From: Octopus vulgaris
Lineage: Eukaryota
Length of the DNA: 64,000 bases
Assembly (NCBI GenBank): GCA_951406725.2
Contig: OX597815.1
Location: 211,358,001-211,422,000 of the forward strand
Reading direction: 5' to 3'
Under the pieces are notes generated by a model that saw only the letters and a list, made by a program, of their open reading frames with translations, did no database searches and was not told the origin of the DNA. The number at the start of each line of letters is the position of its first letter. The stretch's first letter is position 1. Shown here one piece after another: positions 53,864 to 64,000 of this stretch. The translations under genes and the position numbers were made by a program.

Positions 53864-54117
53864 ATTAGAAAAAACCCACCTTTTATCAATTCAACAATGA
53901 ACAGATTAAATTATACCATATAGAAAAAAATTACATCCTATAGAAAAAATTAAATAAGATAAAAACATATGCCAATTATTAAGTAATGTGCACATTACTT
54001 AGTAATTGGCATATGTTTTTATCTTATATTTAATTATTTCTATAGGATGTAATTTTTTTCTATATGGTATAATTTAATCTGTTCATTGTTGAATTGATAA
54101 AAGGTGGGTTTTTTCTA

Positions 54118-54119
<2 letters not shown>
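53864..54119. repeat. Spacer-less palindrome of about 256 bp between (TA)n runs
   Basis: Centre GTG|CAC at 53990/53991; arms 127 and 129 bp with few differences. Confidence 0.92.
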
Positions 54120-54171
<52 letters not shown>

Positions 54172-54437
54172 TTACTGTCCTGTTTTTGTTACCATTTTTT
54201 ACCCCTCTGCGAAAAGATCTCAAAATTTTAATTGATTTGCTTTTCGCAGGAAGGAAAGTTTCTTGTCGAAGATACGTCTCGCTTTCACCTTCGAAACGTA
54301 GAGTAGATGAAACCATAGCGACTGAAGAAGGGGTTTTTTCTTTGTGTTAATTGTCCTGTACTCATATATGCGTATATATGTACATGTAGAGGTAGGTACG
54401 TGCATATATGTTTATATATATGCATATGTTTTATTTA

Positions 54438-54474
<37 letters not shown>

Positions 54475-56109
54475 ATTAATATCAGTTGGAGGGGATCTCA
54501 GTGATGATGGTTATGAATGCAGTAGCACACGAGCGTGTACTTGACAGGCAGGGTTCCCCGAAGTAATACTGGTGAACATTCCCAGGCTACCATCCAATCT
54601 GTAAGTAATCAGTACAATCTTAACTAAAATTATATTATATGCTCTGTAAATCCAGTTTCTATAGCACATACCACGCAGTGAAAAAATATAATAAATGAAG
54701 ATAGATAACCGTCGGTTCAATTCATATTATATACGTTTCTATAGCATAGTAATTTATTTGCACATCATGTATTACATAATCTTCAATGATATTACCTAAT
54801 TTTCGTTATTTAATATGATGCAATTACCTGCCATCTCGCTCGGTGTTATGAACTATCGAAGGGATAGATTTGTCTGTAGTTTCAACGAATATTTATCTAA
54901 TCCATTTTAAAGACACCCTTTCATTATCAAGATAATGTTACGGTATCTCATTTACAGATCCGAATCCTTTCAAGGATGTCTCTCCTTCCTTGTGTATAAT
55001 CTTGTGTGTGTGTGTGTGTGTGCTCTACTTTATCAACTCTGCAAAGATGAAAGGCAAAGTTGACCTTGATGGAATTTGAACTTATACCGAAAAGAATAGA
55101 AAAGAATTGTGTAAACTATTCTCTTCCTCTCTCTTGACCAACTCGCTGCCATGTATCTGTGTGCGTATATAAATATATATAAACACACACACTATATATA
55201 TGCGCAGGTAACACCATTTAATTGGTAAGCTTGTGTTCTCGGGTTTAGTCCCTCTACATGGCACCTTAGAAGTTCTAAAATTTTTCTGCTTAGCAAAAAG
55301 CATATAGGAGGTACATTTTAATCAAATAAATATAACAATTTTTTATTTAGGGACATGATCTTCACCCCTTGTTCTGGAGGATAGCACAGTACTTACCTGT
55401 CCCTCAGTTTATCGTTCCTAAAAGTACGAAAAGCAAACTGGCCTAATAAGATAGAACTTAAGCTGTTTATCCTGCGGCCTCAAAGACGCTTTCTCTAATC
55501 GGGGAAATGCAAGAAAAAACAGAAAGCATTAAAAAGTATTAAACTGAAAACTAATCACATCAATACTCAATCAAACACACCCTAATTAAAATTTATAATT
55601 AATGCCAGCTGACTCAGAGTCAGTATTGATTGCTGCATTGATGAAATTCTGGATTACCAACCCCAATATCATTCCTTGTTTGATAGTTGGATATCTAGCA
55701 TTGATTCAGCCGACCACTAACAAATATGTCTAAACGTCAATAGCGCAGTTCATTCAGCAGTAAATACACGGGCTATTTGTAAACACAGCAAACCGTTAAA
55801 AGAAATGATATCACATGTAAACTGAAGGAGAGCTGTGTTCGTCTGCAGGGTTAAGTTATGCCTTCTTCATAGAGGTAAGATAAGGACTGTTAGACCCACA
55901 TTTTAAATACATTAGATGAAGCTGATAAACTTGAAGTGCTTGCTGTGACTACTCAATGACTCAGGTCATAGGTCGCATGGTTGAGAAAATTCCTTTTGCA
56001 TCCACATTATTCCAGATTCAACTCCATTACACGCTACTTTGACTAAATTTTTGTGTTTGTAATTTTAGGGAAGGAAATAGCGCAGAAACCCGTTGGTTTT
56101 ATGTGTGTG

Positions 56110-56150
<41 letters not shown>

Positions 56151-56375
56151 CTTTGCTACCCACAAGGGGATAAACATAGAAGGGACAAAACAAAGGGATT
56201 AAGTCGATTACATCGACCCCAGTGCGTAACTGGTACTTAATTTATCGACCCCGAAAGGATGAAAGCAAAGTCGACCTCGGCGGAATTTGAACCCAGAACA
56301 CGTGACAGCAGACGAAATACAGCTACGCATTTCGCCCTGCGTGCTAACGATTCTGCCAGCTCGCCGCCAAAATAT

Positions 56376-56442
<67 letters not shown>

Positions 56443-57040
56443 TTAACAGATGGATTGTGGTTCGCTACAGCTGTTCCAAACGTGCTTTTTTATTGATGAA
56501 CTGAAGTATTACATCATTAACAAAGACATTTTCATCAGGTGAATACAGATAAGAATTAACAATTAGAACATTTCAAGAAAAAGAACTTTGTGCCAGATGA
56601 CACGACCGATCCAAATTCAGTCAGATATATGTACATGCGTGTGTGTGTGTGCGTGTGTGTGTTCAATTATATATGTGTGTGTGCGTATGTGCGCCCGCAC
56701 CAGTGTGAGACACGTATACAAAATTGCTTCGTCAGGTAAAAATATTGTATGGTAGTTTTTCCGACCGGTTATTCTCCATTATGTCAAAGATGACTTATAT
56801 TTCATTTCGTATGAATTCGATAAAATAAATACAAGACAAACAGCGAGCGATTGATGTAATGTAATTGACTAAAATCTATAAAGGAGATCTCCCAGCATGT
56901 CTGTAGACTATTTACTGAAACCAGTAAAGGAATTAAGGGGTAGAAAATGAACTTTTACGTAGAAAGATTAAATGTCTGAGAAAATTGGAAATATATTTTC
57001 ACGCATCAAGTGAAGTTTGTCGAAAAATATATACATACAC

Positions 57041-57074
<34 letters not shown>

Positions 57075-57140
57075 TAGAGAACATCGTATCTTCAGTATTA
57101 GGTTGATTCTAAAAGCAAAAGGAAAGCTATTATTTCTTAC

Positions 57141-57330
57141 CGCCAACAGAACAGGGGGTTGATTTATATTCCGTTTTCTTCTCAGCTGAGGCACCATCAG
57201 AAATATCCTTAAATTGAGGTAGGACAGAACGTTTATATACAATGTGTGGATGTTTCCCATTGGCACCAACTGAGTGTCCTTTTATTGGTTCTATGAAATA
57301 ATCACCGTCTTGGGATTGCAAATGGCCAGT
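57141..57330 (-). CDS. ADAMTS7/12-like: ADAMTS exon A (prodomain): TGHLQSQDGDYFIEPIKGHSVGANGKHPHIVYKRS...TPCSVG
   Basis: 190 nt, tttcag acceptor, G|gtaag donor, phase 0 to 1. The YFIEP...H.VYKR motif is typical of ADAM/ADAMTS propeptides. Joins exon B in frame (G+AT). Confidence 0.9.
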
Positions 57331-57762
57331 CTGAAATGTATGAAATTAGAATTGAATTTAATTATTAATTTAAACATTGATACACTCATATTCATAGACA
57401 TATGTATGCCTATACATACAAAGTAGGTATTGTACAACACTTATTAATTGTATAAACATCGTATAACCTGATGTAGAACACAATGCAATGAATAAATATG
57501 TTTATATATATATTTATTTTCGCGCCCTCTTAAAGCCTAGCCAGGCTCATGAGCCCGGTTTCGCGGTTTCAATGGCGTATGTGTTCCCCAACTGGACGGG
57601 ACGCCAGTCCATCGCAGCGTTACTCATATCTGCCGGCTGAATGGACTGGAGCAACGTGAAATGAAGTGTTTTGCTCAAGAACACAACGCGTCACCCGGTC
57701 CAGGAATCGAAACCACAATCTTACGATCATGGTGCTGACACCCTAACCACTAAGGCACGCGC

Positions 57763-57794
<32 letters not shown>

Positions 57795-57872
57795 ACACAC
57801 ACACACATATAAAATATTTGTTTACTCAAGTTTCACTCAGTTGTGGTCAGCCAAGTGTGAATCTCATATATA

Positions 57873-58099
57873 CAGAGTTGGCCAAAAGTCACCCGACAGT
57901 AAATCAAAATTCCATAAATACTTAATATTCAGTTTCAGTTATGAATGTTTAATAACTGAATACTGTGAGTTAAAAATCGCCATTTTGTTTTCAACATTTG
58001 TCTATTTATTAACGAAGTCAAATATAAAATTATTTTTTGTTTTAATCTTTGAATTATATGGAGTTTGATTTAATGTCAGGTGACTTTTGGTCGACCCTG
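57873..58099. mobile_element. Mariner-type MITE
   Basis: Imperfect TIRs of about 45 bp, CAGAGTTGGCCAAAAGTCACCCGACA... / ...TGTCAGGTGACTTTTGGTCGACCCTG, with TA on both sides. Confidence 0.8.
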
Positions 58100-58197
58100 T
58101 ATCTTATGAATATGAATATATATATATATATATATATATATTGTTCGTTTGTTTTCCACCTGCCTTCGTCTTTTGTCTATTTTCATAAAGCTTCCCG

Positions 58198-58231
<34 letters not shown>

Positions 58232-58269
58232 CTGCTATCTCTAGCAGACAAGTATCCTGTACAGATGAA

Positions 58270-59250
58270 TGGTAAAGACTCAGAAAACATGGTCTACTGG
58301 TCTTACCAAGCTGGAGGGAAGTGATTCGTTCTGAACTGTTTTAAGGTCAATAAACAACTCGAAATCTGCTGGAAAAAATACATTTGACAAGCCTATGGGT
58401 CGCCCAGAAGCTACCACCAAGCAAATGGACGATGCTGTCATACTAATTGCCAAAAAGTCACCCAGAATGTCTTCCGAAGTTATTCAAGCTACCACAAGAA
58501 GACGACAATGTTCCATGCCAAAGGACAATTCGTAGAAGATTATTTGATGCCAGCCTTAAGTCCTACAAACCTTCAAAGAAACCAAGGTTAACCTTGAAAT
58601 ATATTACTGATCGTTTGGCATTTTGTCAAAAGTATAAAAATTGGTCAGTCGAACAATGGAAGAGAGTTATGTTTTCGGATGAAACGCCGATGTCACAATT
58701 TTATGCATTTTGCAAACATGTGAGACGACCTCCTTAGCAAAGTGATAATCTTCGCTACATTATCCCAAGTGTTAAAAATGCTCCAAAAGTTATGGTATGG
58801 GAAGCTATTTGTGCTGGTGGAAGATGCGGACTGTGGTTTATGCCTGAAGGTGAAACTATCAAGGGAACCAATTACCTTGAAATTCTGCAAACGAAAGTCT
58901 CACCATTTATGGAGATCAAGCAGTGTATGCACTTCCAGTATGATGGGGTGCCATGGCACCACACAAGAGCAGTAATGAAGTGGCTGAGCAATTCTGGGTA
59001 TGAGATCTTGGGTCCGTGGCCCAGAAAATCCCCGGATCTCAACCCAATAGAGCATTGTTGGGTTATTCTGAAACAGAATGTAGTCGCTCGTAATCCAACA
59101 TCACTATCGGAGTTGAAAAATTCCCTAAAAGAAGTCTGGACTATGTGGATAACACCTGATTTGTGCGAAAAATTGTGTTTATCAATGTCCAACAGGATTG
59201 ACGCTGTGATTCATAACAAAGGACTACATACAGAATACCGATTCTGTAAG
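58270..59250 (+). pseudogene. Tc1-like transposase remnant (DD35E spacing)
   Basis: KPRLT..., W...QWKRVMFSDE, MVW.AI, FQYDG, WP..SPDLNPIE..W motifs spread over frameshifted ORFs. Confidence 0.88.
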
Positions 59251-59433
59251 CACCGTTTGTTGTTCATTTCTTATACTAAATCAGTCTTTTGGAAAGATGT
59301 TAATTTCTTACTGATTAAATAGGATTTTCGTTGGAAATATTCGATCTCTTACTTACATCGTTAAAACATGTAAAGAGTCATCCGTTCTGGATACACACAC
59401 ACGCTTTTATATATATATATACACACACACGTG

Positions 59434-59477
<44 letters not shown>

Positions 59478-59751
59478 CACACACATATATAGACAGAGGG
59501 AGAGAGAGAGAATAACTCGAATTAATAGAAGTTTTCGACTGCGAACGAAATGCCACGCAGTATTTATTCCTCCTCTTTACGCTCTGAATTCAAACTGCGC
59601 CGAGGTCAGTTTTACATTGAATGCTCTGGGTTGGTACATTTCCAATCGTCTTAGAAAGGATGAAGGGTAAAGCTGCGCTCGTGGTATTTGAACACTATAT
59701 CGCAAGGCATTTTATCATACGCTCTAAAGATTCTACTAATTTGCCTATATA

Positions 59752-59887
<136 letters not shown>

Positions 59888-60456
59888 GAATCCTTTAGTT
59901 TTATCGTAAAATGAGAGTTTAATGTTCCGAGCAGGAACTTTTCTCTGTCCAATTCGTTATCCTCCTCCGCCGCCTCCTCGTGACAGCAAACCATTTTACT
60001 GCATTTTGTCGACTTTTGAAACTTCCCATTTCTATTTAAATAAGTTATTGAGAGTTAAGTGGGTTTTCCAATGATGTAGTATAAATAGTTTCCTTTTTTT
60101 TTTTTTTCGTTCATTTCCCGCCTTGCGAGTTACTTGACAACTTCACTAGTTTTGGTGGCACGAAAGAAGAGCGCCCATCAGACACTGTCAAACAGCTGAC
60201 GTTAGGAAAGCATGAAACTGTAGAATACAATATCAGAACTGACAATCGAGTGCGACGCAGACCTGTAGCTCGTCGGATCCTGTAAAACCCGGTTCAGCAT
60301 GGAAAACAGACACATGATGATGATGATAAAAAAGAAAAAGCGATCCACACTATTGCCACATTGATAACGTATCCATCAACTCAGCCGCTTTCGTTTATAA
60401 ACTATGAGTCTTTGCTCTTCTCGAAAAGTAATATATATCGTTATTGAATATAGAAA

Positions 60457-60821
60457 TCTATATATATTAAACGGCAAAATGTCTGTCTGTGTGTGTGTAT
60501 CCTTTATACAAATCCACAATTTTTCAGTTAGAGGGCTCGCACTTTCTGTGGTCATTCAAAACCGTCTAAGGTTGGTCGTGTACATCTTTACATTTCCCCA
60601 GTCACCCTGCAAAGTCATTAAAAATTCAATAGAAGTGACTTTTGGGGGAATTTTCTATCCAAAACCCAATCAAAATGCCCGAAACTTGATACACCAATTG
60701 AATGCCAGCTAGCTGTATGGGATTGGTCGGAGTTTTGGACAGTACTCGCGTGTATGTGCGCACGCAGCTGTATATGCATGCACTAGCACTAAGACCCGGC
60801 GTTGCTGGGTCATAGTGCTAG
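60457..60821 (+). mobile_element. Non-autonomous Helitron
   Basis: A|TCTATATATATTAAACGGCA ... long terminal hairpin ending in CTAG|T. Confidence 0.75.
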
Positions 60822-62198
60822 TAGAGAGATAAATACATTGGCAAACATATTTCAGCTAGATTATCTCAATAGTGAGTATCATATTTATAGCATTGACAAC
60901 CATCACGCCCTCTAGAGATAATTCCTTCACCAGAAGAAAACCTTAAATAGAAAATAATTGAATAAACAAAGTTATTTATTGAAGTTTACAATTTTAGACA
61001 TGCACGCACCGCCATGAGGAGATAAGAAAACGGACGTATCGAGTAAAGCCCTTCGTCGAAGACAGAACTATTTTATTTTTAATGCTTATGGTAGCACCGA
61101 GAATACATTGATACAAAGTTATTTATGTATACTTAATTATTTTATCCATTTACTCTAATGTTAAAAGGTTATCGTGAAAATATGATACACTATTTACTTA
61201 ACTTTATATACAAACTAAATCTTGTTTTGCTAAATAAACAAAAATATAAATTATCTTTCATTGCTAGCCTGAGTTGAGTGAATTTAAGCGTCCACCCCAA
61301 GCGCTTTGGTTCCAGGTTTTCGTTGTTTTGTTGTTTAACTCCGGATTAATCCTGATGAAGAATGTCTATTGTGAAAGGTATTCCATTCTTGACAATTCCT
61401 TTTTCCAGAAATACATAATATGTCTATTTTAAAGAAACTGAGAGATTTGGGTTGCTATATCTAGGAAGTGAAGCCACAGTTTATACACGCTTATTCACTA
61501 ATTCGAATAACCATGTCGTCTGCAATTAGTAAAGCGAGTGCGAATGTATACTGAGAAACAACAGTTAAAATAAAACCATGTCCTCGTCATAGGAACAGAA
61601 AAGAAAGGGTGAAGTATTGTGTTATATTATATTGGATAAAACTTGACAAGGCCGAAACAATGTGAACTGAAATACAAAATGAACTACAAAAGTGAAAACA
61701 GAACAACAGCTGAAGTTTTACCATGTGTTTCGATATTTCGAGGTTATAACCCTTTCCTCAGGACTCGTGGAAAAGTGAGAGATGAAATAAATCGTTGCTC
61801 AGACACATAGCTGCTGGTTTTAACACCTGCCTTTGAATCTGAGTATTAATTGTAAATCATCGATATACATTAGTAGCATTTAAAAGTCGAATATTTAAAC
61901 ACTTCTGCATCTTGAACACCTCTGAAATATAGTGATCTATTGACTGTCTCACTGGATGACATCTCTCTTATACATATTATTTTAAACACGTTGTCCTTTT
62001 TATTTACATAGGCATAGGAGTGGCTGTGTGGTAAGTAGCTTGCTTACGAACCACATGGTTCCGGGTTCAGTCCCATGGGCGAGTGTCTTCTACTATAGCC
62101 TCGGGCCGACCAAAGCCTTGTAAGTGGATTTGGTAGACGGAAACTGAAAGAAGCCCGTCGTATATATGTATGTGTGTATATGTGTATATGTATATATG

Positions 62199-62231
<33 letters not shown>

Positions 62232-62312
62232 GTATGTGTGTATATGTATGTATGTGTGTCTGTCCCCCCCAATATCCCTTGACAACCGCTGCTGGTGTGT
62301 TTGCGTCCCACA

Positions 62313-63793
62313 GATCCGGTCGTGCATGGAGCACACGATCCGAAGAGAATGGGAGATAGTGTAATAAGATCTTCAGATTGCTTGAAATGTATTTTGAGAA
62401 ATTCATTGCGGGTCTCATCCAAGGAACCTGCAAATCCGTCATCGAGAATATTTTAATTTGGAAGACTTTTTTTTTTTTGTCGTTCCAGTCCGTAGTAATC
62501 CCGAACGCTCTCAGTGGCCACCCACTTGCCGAGGATAAAGATAAATACACCTGAAGTGACATGATTATTGACATGACCTTTGCAGTTCGTAGTAAAGTTA
62601 TCACTCCAAGTATGACCTTTGTGTTGTTTGAGTGCCACTAATAAAAAGCAAACAAATTTGCGGCAACCCAGTTCGTCATCACTGTTGTGTGCTGTTGAGA
62701 GGATGGTAGACATCGATTCAGCCTTCATTTAAGTTTGCACGAATGGCTACTGGGCGATTCGTATGGCATCAAATTTGTGTGGTCTCCAATATGTTTTTTG
62801 GACGCGAAACCATACGGCAGAGTGCGCTGGCCGTCTACAAGTGTAACACTATCAATACAACAATTTAAGTGGTTGCGATTGGGTTAATCCTACGCTGATC
62901 TGACTTTACACTAATTTCAAATGGAAATTGATGGTTAATCTAACGCAGTGATTGATTAGATTGTCTGACTGATGATCTGATGTCGTGTAACGTTGTATTT
63001 GACATGTTTGAGGTTGAAAGGAAGATGCCATTATAACATGCGTTTGTTTACTTTTGTGGTGGCATTTTATTATAAGCATTTCTTGTTTATAATAATCTTG
63101 TTCAGTTTCGCTGATTATTTGCTAAAGAGCATTCATCTTCCGAGGTTAGATTTCTTTAAAATCCTATTATACAAAACTATTACAATTGGCAATTTCCGTT
63201 GACTTGAACTACGGTCTACTGTTAAAATTACTAATAATAATAAAGTGGGGAGCAGGCAGAAACGTCAGCACATCGGGCGAAATGCTTAGCGGTATTTCGT
63301 CTGCCGTTGCGTTCTGAATTCAAATTCCGCCGAGGTCGACTTTACTTTTCATCTTTCGGGGTCGATAAATTAAGGACCAGTTACGCACTGGGGTCGATAT
63401 AATCGACTTAATCCGTCTGTCTGTCCTTGTTTGTCTCCTCTGTGTTTAGCCCCTTGTGGGTAGTAAAGAAATAAGTATTTCGTCTGTCTTTACGTTCCGA
63501 GTTCAAATTCCGCCGAGGTCGACTTGGTTTTTCATCCTTTCGGGGTCGATAAATTAAGTACCTGTTGCGTACTGGGTCGATCTAATTGACTGGCCATTCC
63601 CCAAAATTTCGGGTCTTGTGCCTAGAGTAGAAATGAATATTACTAATAGCAGATGCAGAAAGCAAGATTGTGTTGTAGATATGAAGTGAAGTAGCTATAC
63701 TGAATTTCTCAAAATACATTTCAAGCAATCTGAAGATTTTATTACACTATCTCCCATTCTATTCAGATCGTGTGCTCCATGCACGACCGGATC
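62313..63793 (-). mobile_element. TIR DNA transposon relic, possibly piggyBac-like, with nested SINEs
   Basis: 93-bp inverted repeats at 62313-62405 and 63701-63793 (3 mismatches). The minus strand has RPHKF and KGHTWSDNFTT, which weakly resemble piggyBac motifs. Confidence 0.6.
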
Positions 63794-64000
63794 CATGGTT
63801 CTCAAAGCCCTCGATTTGATGGACCTGGTGGCCTTGATTGTGTTCTTATTTGACTGAGAATATTTGATGGAGTAGCTTTTGCAGAAGAAACCATATATTC
63901 AAACATTTATTGAAGCACCTCAGAAAGCTGTGTCAAAGAGATAAATAGAACGGCAAGGACAAAAATTTGGTGGTTTCCTGCATATATATGATGCTTATTG

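Noticed and set aside
61345-61390. CTGATGA...GAAA hammerhead-like match
   Set aside because: There is no stem I or stem III pairing.
61710-61770. Minus-strand CTGAGGA...GAAACACATGGTA motif
   Set aside because: Stems I and II do not close properly; at best a heavily decayed relic.
62453-62728. ORF considered as an upstream ADAMTS prodomain exon
   Set aside because: It has no propeptide motifs and lies within the TIR element; the next upstream exon is probably beyond the window.

Overview
This is AT-rich eukaryotic genomic DNA, dense in microsatellites and SINEs; the repeat families look like those of Octopus (inference). The whole window lies inside one minus-strand gene for an ADAMTS7/12-like secreted zinc metalloprotease. 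Eight in-frame GT-AG exons (1167 nt, 389 codons) encode the late prodomain, the furin site RRRMKR, the catalytic domain (HELGHNLGMKHD, Met-turn VMAP) and the start of the disintegrin-like domain. The introns (1-25 kb) are mostly transposable elements: several tRNA-derived SINE families, CR1/L2-type LINEs, R4/Dong-, CRE- and Tx1-like fragments, Penelope-like GIY-YIG remnants, mariner and Tc1 pseudogenes, MITEs, a piggyBac-like relic and non-autonomous Helitrons. The most notable unannotated structure is at 27.9-28.9 kb: a non-coding element inserted in (TA)n, with two identical intact minimal type I hammerhead ribozymes 508 nt apart (retrozyme or Penelope pseudo-LTR architecture). Several further variant hammerhead-like motifs occur in other inserts. 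Most ORFs in the supplied track are microsatellite or SINE artefacts.
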